Shown piece after piece: positions 21,613-34,207 of a DNA stretch of 64,000 bases. This DNA comes from Lepidodermella squamata (Eukaryota > Animalia > Gastrotricha). The number at the start of each line of letters is the position of its first letter. The stretch's first letter is position 1. The notes under the pieces are model-generated. The model had not been told where the DNA came from, did no database searches, and saw nothing but the letters and a program-made list of their open reading frames with translations. The stretch is from assembly GCA_047495785.1 (NCBI GenBank), contig JBLDXI010000012.1:868001-932000 (forward strand), in the 5' to 3' direction. Both the position numbers and the translations under genes were made by a program.

Positions 21613-24600
21613 ATGAATCTTGGATTCTTGCTAATATTCTTGTTTTCAGCAGTACGTGATGCTTCTGGTGGAACTTTCTTCTCCCGACTAGCTGCGAAGA
21701 AGGTTCAGCCAATTGCTGGCAGCGGCCTTTCTGATTTGTCTTCAGTGACTTCTCGAACAATCAACTCAGTCAGCGAGCCAAATGTTTGCGCTGCCCATTG
21801 CTCGAAGGACAAGAGTTGCGAAACGGCAATGCTGCAAATTTCGACGAAAACGTGTACCCTGCTGAAGGCACCAGCTTTCGCCTCGAAGCAGATCGAAACT
21901 ATCGATAATGCTGATTTTATAACCTTCAGCGTTGCACCTGCAAGCACTGCCTCTCGAACAGCCCAATACACTGGTTTGCAAAATGTTACCTACTACTTTG
22001 GAGCGATAAAAGAAGCATCCAGAAAACGTAAGAGTTATTAAAGCAACGTTGGTATTATTTTACAATTTCGTCGTAGCGAGTTGCTGGGACATGTACGATC
22101 CTAGTGCGCCCAACTTTTATGTGGAGGAACTTGGAGTAAGCAACAACAACCTTGGCGACCTTGCTTTTAGCTCGAGTTCGACCAAGGCGAGTACAATGGC
22201 GGCGTTCAGCAATCCAGCTCCGATGGCACGTCTAGGCTCGGCCACGTTCTTTTGCTGGAAAGCAAGCGTCACTAATTTGGCGAATGAATGGCTGAAGTTC
22301 GACATGCAACGCTTTGTCTGGGTCACTTCGATCAGCTACCGAAGCCGCGGTGCTAATGAATTTTGGCAGTCAATAAGACTTGAGTACAGCTACGACGATT
22401 ACTACTACAAGCGCTTGTTCACAGGATCAGGCTTAGACAAAGTTTTTTTTAATAGCTGAAATTTGACTTATCTATTAACTCTGAAAATTCTGCAGATATT
22501 AGACACGTCAACATCTGGATCTTCCACTATACGAGTGGATTTGCATAGGCCTTTTTTGGCAAAGTTCATTCGAATTATTCCGAATGCTGATACCAACCCA
22601 GTTCAAACAATTCGATGTATGCAGTTTTCGTTTTCTGGCTGCTCAGCCACTTGCACAGGTATTTTCATCCAAACATCAAAAATAGTGAACATCCATTGCA
22701 TGTAGAATCCTTGAGCGATGGATCGGTGGAAATGCAAAATGCGTTTTCGTGGGATACTTCTAAACAAATGACATCATTGGGGGAGATTTTGAGAATTGGA
22801 TTATTTGACCTTGGCAAACCAACTTTGGTTAACGGCATTCAGATCGAGGGCTGCACGCAAGGAAATCTTGTCAGTCAGTTCTCTGTTCAATACAAAACCT
22901 CAGCTACAGATCAATGGATCGGTGCGGCAACCGACGCCGGTTCACAGGTGAGAAAAACATCATTTTTCCATATATTATTAATTTCGAAACATTCGAAATA
23001 TTTATTAATAAGACATTTCCCGGGAATCCTGACGCCATCGGGCCTGTAACTTCATTGTTTCAAAACCGTCCGCTAGCCGCGCAATATTTCAAAATAATTC
23101 CGACGCTTTTTTCGGGACTGGTCTGCTATGAAGTTCGACTGCTCGGATGCAAGGCGAATCGGGTTGGTGGATTCATGAAAAATCTTGCTCGAGGGGCTCC
23201 TGTAACGTTCTACCCTCAAGCGGAACCGGCAAACACTCCAATGACCCTGTCGCCGCCGTCGGCTATAACCACCCCTCGACGCGGACCTGCGATGAGTAAT
23301 ATCCAAAATTGTTCGAAATTCGCAATCAATGTCACTCAACCAGTAACGGCTGATCAATTTATGGCAACAATTGATCTTGGCTCAAGTCGAACATTCAGTT
23401 CGGTAGCAATAACTACTGTCAACCAAGCTATCCCTGCGATATTATGTCCCGACAGCCTCTGGCTATTCTCAATACTAACTGGCGGGGATGACTTGTCGAT
23501 GAATGGAAACCATGCTGTCATTGGCGCAGGTGTTGGCTACGGCGATGGACCTGATGGAAGGCCCTATGGGTCGATATCATTTCCAGGAGGAACGAATCGC
23601 AATGTTTTGCTACCCCTGCAGGGTTTGGAGATCGATTTGACAAATGGATGGTCCTGGTTTACTTGGGCTTACATACTGCCAGCGACTGCAGAGTCAGCGT
23701 TATTTCAAACCAACGTTGGACCGTGAGTTTCAATATCTATTAGATTACCGAGAATTGCTTATCGTGTAAATTTAGTACCCTTTACGGATGGCGAGCTATC
23801 ATCTACCCCGGAGGCATCTTGTCAGTACAATACATAACAACACCTGATCTGCAATGGGCAACCAATGTGACCGTTCCACTATCTCGTTGGTCTTTTGTTG
23901 GCTTCACTTTGGATTGCCGCAGCGGTATTGCTCGAGTGTATGTTGACTCTTTGCCGAGCGATGTGAGATACGTTGGATGCGGAGCTAATACGGTGCCCAC
24001 GGGACCTTACGCTTTGATTGGGAGGCGAGGGCCATTAGCTGGGAGAATCGCTTGCTATCAAATTTATCGAAGACCGCTAGATCAGTCGGAGATAGTTGAA
24101 GCCTCTCTTTGCGCCTGGCAAGGTAACAACTATCTCTAGGTAATTGAAACCATTTTTGACCAAGTTATCTTATTCAGCTCCTCAGCCGTTTGCCTTGTTC
24201 CCGCTTAACTGCGCTACCACTGAGCTTCTCCGAGGTACCTTAGTGATGACTGCAACCGGATCTCCTGCTTGCTCGTCAATGGATGTTTACCCATCAAGGT
24301 AAGTATATAAAAGCCGCTTCTTACTGGTGAAGATTCCTGATAAATTCTTTTGAAAGCGCTTACTCTCTATCTACTTCGGATACTTTTTCAATATCGAATT
24401 CGGCGTCTGAGTTGGATCTTCAATACTCTTTCACAATATTGCTGCACGTAATGACCCCGGCCAATCTAACCGGCATTGTTTTTGGATGGTGGAACGGGGC
24501 AACTCCCGTTGCTTATTTCAAGTTGTGTCTACCGCCTTCCTGCTCTCCGGGTTTTGTTTTCCAATGTCGGTCGAATGCAACAATCGTTACTGTTACTGGG

Positions 24601-27600
24601 CCCACAATTCCATATAGATTCGGTCGGTGGTATCAAGTGGGCGTAATGCTGGATTACGGAACTAGGAGAGGGGTGAACTTGATTTTTGAGGGTGAGATGC
24701 TAGCAACAGCCGCTGCGGATTGCGCACTGCAGCTGGACACATCTTCATTTCGAATTGGGAGCTCGTCTTTTGCGGGATCAGTTGCTTGCCTACTGATATT
24801 CAAACACGGGTTGACTGAACGGCAACTTCTTACTGCTAGGCGCTGCCCTATGACAAGTATCCCAGCCATGGAAGCTGGTCTGTACAACACTTATGATAAC
24901 ATCCTGAATTTCGATCAGCTTAATGATAATGCTAATCTCTACACGGTAAATGGCGTGCCGATTTCGAGTTTATATACCATGCCATTCTTGAAAAACCACT
25001 CAGTCGCAACATTCAACGCCCAGCCCTCTACCCGCTTAGAGGGGCCCTTGCCACTAGCTGGGACGTACCAAGCAATGTCCTACACATTGGCTTCTTTTTA
25101 CTATCAAGTAAACACCGGGGACTGGCGACTATACGTAGTATCTCAATCGGATGCTGGCGGTCTGAAATTCTACACTTTCGGGGCAGATCGTGTCCGGATG
25201 TATTTTTGGACATCATGCGTTAGCGAGCAGAATTGGGATGTCGCCGGGTTGGTGGTCCCTAATGAGTGGAGACACTATGCGCTCACCGTGGACCAAGTTG
25301 GCAATAGTCAAAGGCATAAGTTTTACATTAATGGCGCCCTGCGATATTCACAAAACGTAACGTCGACCTATTGCCCAAACACGACTAACCCCGGGCGGAT
25401 CTACGTTTCAGTAAGCTCATTTACTGTATATAGCGATATGATTGAAAAAGTCCGTATCCTTGAAAGGACACAACGTATGACTGGGCTGCGGTCGGCGGCG
25501 GTGTGGCCTACGTCATTGCCTATCAGTCCACTTTGGAACAGATGCTTGTCAGCGAAATTTACTCTCAGACCCCGCCCCCTTCAAAGCGTAATTTATTCCT
25601 CTCTTAATTTTTTTAGGAATAATTGTTTCAAATGTTGCGTCAAGTTCAAGGACACGCCTGCTTCAATGATCTAACCTCCATAAGCGAGCCTATTATTACT
25701 TTTTCTTCGATACAAAACATCGAAGGGTACAATAGGTCAAATTTCAGGTTGAATAGTGATGGCCCTGCGGCTAGTTGGATTCCTAACACCAATGATGACA
25801 GTGAATACTTCCGCGTTTACTTCTCCGAAGCAGTTGTGTTCACTGCGATCGGAACCCAAGGAGATTCAAGCACTGGAAGATATTTGACAAAATTCAAAAT
25901 ACGATACACAAATGATCAGCGCATAACAGCATGGAATACTCAAGGAGATCGTTACACTGGGACTACCGAGAAAACGTTTACTGGTAATTATGATGCTGAC
26001 GCAATTGTGTGGAATCACTTCCGACCATACATCGTCTCCAGATATTTTAAATTGGTTCCTCAGAATTGGTCATCTGCAGGAATCGGCTTGAGGATTTCCA
26101 TAAGGGGCTGCCACAGTAATGTTTTGCGTTTAGAACAAATAATCCATCCTAATTCTTGTTGTTCACACAGACACATTTTGCAACACTAATCTCATGGACG
26201 ATAGTGTAGTATTTACCGCCTCCTCAGTTGTTGATACAGCAAACTTAATCAAGTGCGCCATTATCAACTCCAATTTCCCGTGGACAGCAACCCCTGATGA
26301 CCAATCACCTTTCATCCAATTCCAGTTTAAAAGCTACAAATTAGTCACAGCTAGCGTCATCCAGGGTGGAGTTTCTAGTTCTTGGATCCGCAAGTATCAC
26401 TTGGAAACCACGTTAGACGGTGTCTTCAACTGGAAAGGCTACACCTGGCAGAATGGTTCTTTGCGAATATTCGATGGGCCTAATGTCACGAATGGCATTC
26501 AAACAAACTACATGAAGCCAGCAGTAACGGTTAGAGCCATTCGGTTGGTCGTAGAAGATTACTTCACTTCAGCGTCTGGTCGATTTTGGTTTCTCGGCTG
26601 CTGGCAGTCAAATTTTGAACAGCCAACGCCAAGGGTTGCGGTTAGAAGTGGCGATAACTTTCCAACAAATAATCAAGTTGCTGCTAACCATACATTACGA
26701 GGGGCAAGCACGTCGCTGGGCTTGGGCAGTGGTATTTTCAATCAACGGCTCGTTTTATTGCAATATCCAGTCACCGATAGATACATCACCATAATGGCTG
26801 ATCGACCATATACCGAACTAACACTTTGCCAAGTCAGCGTTAACTACGACAACGGAACAAATTTGGCTTTGCATCAGAAGGTTACTGCTTCCTCTGATGT
26901 AACAACCTTTAGTAATGCTTCCCTGGATGATGGACGCATCTCGTTGACTGCGGCTGTGTTCGGCGGGACGTCATCTTGGTACTATTCCGATCTCGGAGTG
27001 CAAACACCCGTGTCAAAAGTTGAGGTCCTGACAAGTAATTCTGCTACTTGGACAGCCTATTCGTCCACCATACCCCCAGTTCAGGCATGCTCGCCGACAA
27101 TTCTGAACATAACCTGCTCAGGTACGAAACTCATCTATCCCCAAATGGCTTACTGGGGTAGAGATACGTCGACCCACTGCGGAGGAACAACTGGAGCCTG
27201 CCCACATGTTAACAACCCGACACTTTTCTCAGCGATCATGGATGCCTGTTACAAGAAGCAGAGCTGTTCTGTCGCAAATAACGGCACTGTCTTCGGGAGC
27301 TACACTGCTGACCCTTGCCCGGGATTACCGAAATTTAGCAGCATCAGTTACGTTTGCATGGAAGGTGAGTATGGAGGTCATTTTTTGACGACATTTTAAT
27401 GATCACACATTTCTATTCAGATGAGGACGAAAACCCAGGCCTGGAAGTAAGAGTTGGTAACAGCATCAACAACATCACTGCGAATGCGATATGCAGTTTC
27501 CATTCCTTGGCTGACAGTTATACTCTTCTTACTTTCACAAATTTTGAATTGCACTGCACCCCGCCAATCACGGGGCGTTATGTTTTCGTTACTAAAAGAT

Positions 27601-27641
27601 GGAGCGCTCCTCTTTCATTGGCCCAGATTCGAATTTTCTAG
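21613..27641 (+). CDS. ~1805-aa secreted multidomain lectin-like protein: PAN/apple, F5/8 type C (discoidin), LamG/pentraxin-like, F-type lectin and SUEL/Gal-lectin domains; 12 exons
   Basis: Introns 22028-22076, 22442-22495, 22659-22705, 22948-23012, 23723-23775, 24123-24177, 24299-24356, 25411-25466, 25588-25650, 26116-26170 and 27365-27420 give one frame. Motifs: CAAHCSKDKSC (PAN); TAIGTQG..YLTKFKIRY..FTGNYD..LRISIRGC (F5/8); WRHYALTVD..FYING (LamG); AYWGR..C..DPCPGLPKF (SUEL). Confidence 0.85.
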
Positions 27642-28210
27642 CTTGATAGAATCTATCAATTTCGATTCTTACTAAAGAAAGAAACCGAAAGAATATTACA
27701 TCTTTTATCCAGAATTTAACCGATGAAATTAAAAATTTACCGGAGAAAACCCGGAAACCCCAGATGGTAAGTGGTTCGGTAATTTTTGGTATTTTACCCA
27801 GTTGGGCAGAATTTCTCTGGACTTTTTTAATCCTATTAACAAGTGACATACTTGATTTATATTCTAAATTTGAATTTTTCTAAAAAATTACCGGCTCATT
27901 TTAGAGTTTCTGAACCCTTTTTCATGTATTTCCTTTGCTTACGTTACTCATGGGACACGCTATATAAGGAATGTCTCTTTTTGATTATACCAAAATGCAT
28001 TTCTGCTTATTGATCACCTATGTATTGCTGTGATTCTGACAAAAAAATGTTTGATAGCCAATCTAACTGAATTAATAAACTCAAAGGCAATCAAGACATC
28101 AAAAATGTGAAATAACAGAAACTTTATTCTAAAAGATCGAATCGATGAACTGATGACAGAAACACTTATTCAATAATAAGTAAAAGAAAAAAATCAAAGG
28201 GAAATCAATC

Positions 28211-29425
28211 TCAACAAATTTTAACAAGTGGTTCGAATTCCTGAAACTGGAGGTAAGATAACAAAACAACCGGCAGTTCAAGTTTATTAATCGCATTTCG
28301 GCGTGTTGGTTGGCCCAAGGGTAGTTGATCCAATATCGCCTTTCGGCACAGCGATTGCAATCGCATAGGATAGCCAGATCTAAGAGAATTGACGAAGGAG
28401 TGCATTGTCCCAAGTTCAAAAGCGCGGTCTTCATTGTCCCGATTCTCGTCACTCGCTAGTTGTTGCTCGCGTTCTCGAACAATTTCTAACAATGCCGAAG
28501 TTTCCAGGCTCGACATCTGCCGTGATTCGATAAGAAGGTCCCGTAGAGCCATTTGCCGGCCCCAGACGAGATGGCTGAAATTGTTGTCCTCGGTGATCCG
28601 CCAAAATTGCAGCAATGGAAGTTCGAAATCTTTGCCCTTTTCGAATAAACCTGGAATTAATTTCGAACCTGCTCGTAAAAGCGGCAAATAGGCGAAGCGA
28701 AACATGTCTATAATCGGCCTCAAGGGGCCATCTTCGCGAAATGATTGAATAATGATATCGCGGAAAACGGCTCGAAGTGGTGAGTATTTAACCTCATTAT
28801 ACGCGAGATTCAGAGCCTGAGGGGGAGCTGAATCTATGAAAATATCCGACATTTTCCGGCCGAAAGGGTACAGGTAACCCAGCTCGTGAAGGGGTATGAC
28901 ATGCGGCCATTTAAAGTTGTCAATATAACCCAATTCGAAGCGATTCAAACGGCGCTCGGCATCGCCGCTTAGATGATCGGCTCCAGCTTGAATCATCAAT
29001 CTCACCGAGTTGAATTGAGCGTTGCCTTCAGTTCGAAGCTCGGCAAATACTTCATCACTTTCAGCTATGTGCCTAGCAATCGATCCAATCATTCGAACAA
29101 CAAAAAGCAACGGAGGTTCGATAGAATTTCGTTTCGCATTCGCCAATGAGATGCCGTAAGTTTTCGTCAGCAGCTCAACCGCTTGCTCGAAAACGTTGAG
29201 ACAAGATTCGATTAGGAAGTGTTGCTTAGCCTCCAGGTCCAGCCGATCGTGGGTCCATTTCATGACCAATGCGAAATTTTTAAAATCGCATCGATGGATG
29301 ATTTGTTCGATTTTAACGGCAAGCCGTTTTCGGTCACGCTTCGACGAACCGCGACGGATGGCTTTGACCAGAGCTGCCAGGCTTTTATTCGCCCCGAAAT
29401 CGCCATCAATCTCACCGTCTTCCAT
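28211..29425 (-). CDS. SOCS-box protein (ASB-like, possibly degenerate ankyrin repeats)
   Basis: C-terminal PMRLQSLCRKAILDQL...INKLELPVVLLSYLQF fits the BC-box/cullin-box pattern. Start could instead be the upstream ATG at 29509. Confidence 0.75.
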   Translation of the reverse strand: MEDGEIDGDFGANKSLAALVKAIRRGSSKRDRKRLAVKIEQIIHRCDFKNFALVMKWTHDRLDLEAKQHFLIESCLNVFEQAVELLTKTYGISLANAKRNSIEPPLLFVVRMIGSIARHIAESDEVFAELRTEGNAQFNSVRLMIQAGADHLSGDAERRLNRFELGYIDNFKWPHVIPLHELGYLYPFGRKMSDIFIDSAPPQALNLAYNEVKYSPLRAVFRDIIIQSFREDGPLRPIIDMFRFAYLPLLRAGSKLIPGLFEKGKDFELPLLQFWRITEDNNFSHLVWGRQMALRDLLIESRQMSSLETSALLEIVREREQQLASDENRDNEDRAFELGTMHSFVNSLRSGYPMRLQSLCRKAILDQLPLGQPTRRNAINKLELPVVLLSYLQFQEFEPLVKIC

Positions 29426-29641
29426 CGAAAAATGAAATGATAATGCTAAGGCTTTCTCATTTTCGCGTTGATTCTCAGTGCTAAAGGTGACGCTTGGCAA
29501 ATAATGCAAGAATTATTTGTTCAGGTTAATAAGAACTGAGCAGATGTTCATTTCAAAAATCAATAAAGAGCCGGCTTAAACGCTAATTCCTAGCATTATA
29601 AAATAATTTTCTTGTATTTTTTTCAATTATCATTTCAAGCT

Positions 29642-30748
29642 ATGTGGAGTTTTTTAGCCGCCATTGTAGTTGGAGCAGGGCTTTTTGATAGCTTCGTCCA
29701 TTCAGACAAAGATGAATGCCTGTTGTATCCGTCAGTTCCTGAAGTGAAGGCTCAATCTCTAAAAGAAATAAGTCCAACGGCGTATTTCTTCCGCAACTAC
29801 AACTCAACCTACGACTCTATCAAATGTACACACATTTTTTTAATAAAACATTTTAAATATTTTTCAAAATTTTTAGTCGCCAAGAGCTGCCAAACAGATT
29901 TGCTGAAGACTAGGCCGCCATCGCTAGCCATCAAATTAGCGGAATTTTCCAGCCAAGACGTTGCTGAGGTGTCGAAGCAGCTGTATGGCATCAAAAAGCT
30001 GGTGATCCTTACCCACGGCTGGAAAACTTCATTCTGCTCGACATTGTCATGGGCTCATCCTTTGATTAACAGCATTTTACAGGGTGATTCTAACGCCGCG
30101 GTTATTTACCTTGATTGGGGAAATGGCGCCTCTTCATCGCTGTATGGCACTCCTGCTGCTAACACCCGTATTGTAGGCAAAAAAGCCGGTGAATTTTTGA
30201 AGGCAATTTTGGACTCGAAATCGGGAGATAAGCCGCAACTTCACGCAATAGGATTCAGCCTCGGAGCTCATGTTATGTCCTTTATGTGTAAGAACCTCAA
30301 GTCATGCGATCGTCTCACAGCTTTGGACCCAGCTGGCCCGAATTTCCGTAGCGATGGACCGAATGATCGAGTCGATATCACTGATGCTACGTTTGTCGAT
30401 GTCTATCACTCGACGCATTGTATCGGAATTGGGACCCGTTCACTCGGTCATCTTGACGTGTTTTTGAATAATGTCGGAGATGACCAGCCTGGATGTGGCA
30501 AGACAGTGAAAACATTCGTGAAAGCATTGACCTCTAAAGACACAATGCTGAAGTTTGCAAATTGTAACCACCACACGGCTGCTACTTTCTACACCAAGTC
30601 GGCGTCTCAAAGCGTATCGGCTAAGGATCGCTCGAGTTGTTATACTCATGATGGAAAGGAGATCGGTTTCTTTATAAACGCAGCTCAGGCGCCGCTGAAG
30701 GGGACGATCAAAGTGAAAAGGCCATCCAGTTGCTTGCATTTAAAGTGA
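29642..30748 (+). CDS. Secreted pancreatic-lipase-family lipase, copy B (in-frame 51-nt intron 29826-29876)
   Basis: GFSLGAH, ALDPAGP and CNH motifs. Intron at the same position and phase as in copy A. Confidence 0.92.
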   Translation: MWSFLAAIVVGAGLFDSFVHSDKDECLLYPSVPEVKAQSLKEISPTAYFFRNYNSTYDSIKCTHIFLIKHFKYFSKFLVAKSCQTDLLKTRPPSLAIKLAEFSSQDVAEVSKQLYGIKKLVILTHGWKTSFCSTLSWAHPLINSILQGDSNAAVIYLDWGNGASSSLYGTPAANTRIVGKKAGEFLKAILDSKSGDKPQLHAIGFSLGAHVMSFMCKNLKSCDRLTALDPAGPNFRSDGPNDRVDITDATFVDVYHSTHCIGIGTRSLGHLDVFLNNVGDDQPGCGKTVKTFVKALTSKDTMLKFANCNHHTAATFYTKSASQSVSAKDRSSCYTHDGKEIGFFINAAQAPLKGTIKVKRPSSCLHLK

Positions 30749-31852
30749 AATACCTTATTTCTGGCAATACTCAGTTGTCTAGTGGATCTTGTGAGTGAGT
30801 GTGAAGAAGGAAAATTGAGTAAAAAATTGGGTATGAAATTCACAGGTTTTAGTATAGCCGAATAAGCCGAAATAAAGATATTCGAACCTTTGGAAACCCC
30901 GGGTTTGGAACCAAAACTAACTGTAATAGCGGAACGGTGGCAAATTAGACAAAGTGGGGTGTGCCAAGTGCGCACCCTAAATTGAAGGTTCCAGCACTAA
31001 ATTTGAGACTCCAGCACGATTTCCCCTAAATAAGATTTTTTCAAGTCTTCTCTGGAATCTGAATATTTTTTGATTTATCATGCCTAACCGATAGATCTTC
31101 ATATTACGCATATAACGCTATACTTCAGCCTGCAGAGCCGTTATCGATTCCAAGTATCGATTTTACAAATCATTGATTTTTCCGATATCAGCCGTCGTGG
31201 AACCTAACTAACATCGATAATTTTTCTACGTAGCTTAGGGCGCCAGGTAACTAAAATAAAAAATCAGCATCGATCAAAAAACGAAAACGCCGAAATGTCA
31301 AAGAATATGAAAAATGTTGTGCCTGGACCTCATTTTTAGTGCTGCAAATAATTTGACCCTACAAAGTGTCCTTTTCGAATAATTTAATTGGCTCATGGCT
31401 GTGTCGATCACGTTCTGAGGGCCAGGTCTTATACAAAAAATCACAGATAATTTAAACGTAATTTAAATGAATTTGTTTACTTAATCAAGAAATTTCAGAA
31501 AAGACAGTTTTAGTCGAATCAATTATTTAATTTTGGTTCCGCTAAAAGAAGACATTCTGATAATTATCACAATTTTCGATTTTCTGCGATTCCATTGATC
31601 ACCGTAACTCGATTTGTTGTCACTAGAAGAGCGATTTCGATATTTACACTTGAATTGGCCGATTGCCAAGTCGAGAACATCGGCGGCCGATCGCGAGTGT
31701 GGGTGCATAATTCAGCAACCGCACGCTCTTGTTTCAATCACGTGTGTTTAAGCTGAACAACATAATGACACTCATTTTCGGCAGATCTATTAATAATTGC
31801 TACAGTTACAACTTTGCCCATCGGCAACTCCACTGGCTCTTTCAATCAATAA

Positions 31853-32362
31853 ATGCGAAAACCGTTTCGAAATATCGCGAAAATTCTCGGAATTTTTCTG
31901 ATTTTACGCGTCCGGTCTGTTCCGATCGACGCGGATTTGGCTAATGAATACGAGGAAGATTTCCCAAACTCAACCGATCAAGCAGCTAGCGGCAATATTC
32001 CTCAGCAAAATTTACTACGCTTCGGCCCGTTGAATTTGCCGCCAAATAATAAGAAAAATCTAGTGTCTAGTGGCGCGTCATCCCAGCGGCCAGATGACCG
32101 CGGTGCCAGCCGACGAGCGATTATCGGAATTTCGATTGTTGCAGTTTTTTGTATACTCGGCGTTGCGCTGTCAGCCGTCGTCGAGCAACGAAGACAGCGT
32201 CAGTTGAAGGACGCTATGGACGCAGGCAGCATGACGCGATCGGTGTCCTATTACGCACGTGCGCCTACTGTCAAGCGGTCACTTTCGCTATCGTTAACTT
32301 GCTCATCAGCAGACTCTGCACAGATGATGATGATGACCGAGCCTGATCGGCGAACACTTTAG
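31853..32362 (+). CDS. Small orphan type I membrane protein
   Basis: Signal-like N-terminus, TM AIIGISIVAVFCILGVALSAVV, AATAAA downstream. Confidence 0.6.
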   Translation: MRKPFRNIAKILGIFLILRVRSVPIDADLANEYEEDFPNSTDQAASGNIPQQNLLRFGPLNLPPNNKKNLVSSGASSQRPDDRGASRRAIIGISIVAVFCILGVALSAVVEQRRQRQLKDAMDAGSMTRSVSYYARAPTVKRSLSLSLTCSSADSAQMMMMTEPDRRTL

Positions 32363-34207
32363 TTTTTTTGAATTTTTTGTGCCGTATCGTTGTTAGAGTT
32401 GGAAACAATAAAATAAATCACCCTGAATTCGAACTATTTTTTCTACCGATTTTTTTCGGAAGATATGATTCATCTCTGAAGTAGAGTGCATTTATCGAAA
32501 TAGAAGCCATAAAATCCGCCTACTAAACTAGACAAATCAGCCTCAAACTGTACCTTCAATGCGGGTGTGATATAAACTGTGTCAGAAAAGTAGGTCGCTT
32601 TCCCACACACACACACACATGAGGTAATTACAGTTACGTAAATTAGGTTATTTTGGTGCAATAATTCTGGAAAAATGTCTAACAAATCCCTTGGCTCCTG
32701 TAGAATAAGGGTATCAATTTTGTTTTCCCGAATTCGATTCCATTATTGACTGCTGATTTTTGGAATCGAACCCTCGAAAAACCTAAAATCACCTATCTAG
32801 ATCTCTTCACCTGGGTAGTTTTAGATTGAATTATTTATACCAGAATAAAGCTGGCGCGCGAGCAGTAAATTCTAAAGAGCCAGTTCCATAGGTAAATTAC
32901 CTGCAAAGTAGCGATTTTGGATGTACAATATTGACAACTCGTCAGTACAATTTTGACAGCAGGTACAAGTTTGACAACTCAAAAAACTACCTTGAAATAC
33001 TTCTTAATCGATTTTCAAATGTTAATTCGATGAAGCCTGTCTCATTAGATAATTCTAGAATTTTCTTCCCGAATTCCAGCACCGTTCGTTTATTTTTGGT
33101 GAAGTTTCGAAGCAATACCTTGAAAACAGCATTTTATTATAATAAATCAAAAATCAAGTAAATAATCTAAATTTTCACCCCGCACATGATGAATCACTGT
33201 TGACGTTGTCAAAGTTGTACTAGCTTGTCAAAATTTTAGCTTTCTTTCGAGTCTTTTATCTAAGGTGAATTACCTGGATCAGGCCTTGGAAAAAATACAA
33301 CAATTATGCACAGGATAAGGGAGTTCTAACGGTGTAAAAATTTGCTCAGAATTCACCTGAATTGATTTTCTGGAATTTTTTACAAGTTTGTACCTTTTTG
33401 TTGTCAATATTGTATCGTTCCCCGTTTACTTCCCATCTTGGCTTAAATTTGAAATGATGCACGTGAAGAATATTTCTAGCTCTGTTTTACGAGGCGCGGC
33501 GGCCCGGTAACAGATGCGCGGCTATCTGTTCTCGCTCGAGGAATTGAAACATCTGGCGGCCTCTCGAGAGCGTGAAAATTTCGCTGGGTTACGACTTCAC
33601 AAAATGTAAGGCTAATAACCAACTTTTTCTCGTTCAGTGAAATTCGCAATAAACGCTATCAAAAATTAGCTGATGGAACATACAAATTCACATTTTTAAC
33701 AATTTCAATTTTAAATTCAAATTTCAAAAATGCTTCACATATTATTCTAAATTCAGAGAATCTAGAGAACTAATCAAAATTTCGCTAAATTAAGTATTCA
33801 AATTCAAAATTGGAGAAGCCATGAAAGCGCAATTTCAAGAGTGTCCCTTCTTCTAGCCAATCATTTTCCTTATTTATCTGGAGGCTGTGAGAAGAAATTC
33901 ACATTTTTTGCTCGAAAATCTTCTAATTGGACGCTGATTGTTCTGCAGTCTACGTACAAGACAGTTCAAAGTACATAATCCGAGCTTTTTGCAGTGACTC
34001 ATCGCTCATGACATTGTCCGCATCGAGACCTTGATGAGCACGTTGCAAATCGGCTAGTCACACATCCGTTACACCTAAAACGTTTCTTGCCCCAAATTTT
34101 GCATTATTCAGTAAAAATTATATAGGCTGATTTTAACTGAAAATAACTAAGACTCTGGTGATGACAGCTTGCCGTTGAGAGACTCTTTATTCCGGAAATT
34201 CAGGATA

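Noticed and set aside
29612-29876. ORF-track N-terminal extensions and read-through segments (also 46934-46990 and 17405-17578)
   Set aside because: They are non-ATG starts, promoter/UTR sequence or stop-free in-frame introns, as shown by paralog intron position, splice signals and TATA location.
32900-33420. Repeated ttgacaac/gttgtcaa motifs in both orientations
   Set aside because: Likely subterminal repeats of a decayed MITE; ends and TSD could not be defined.
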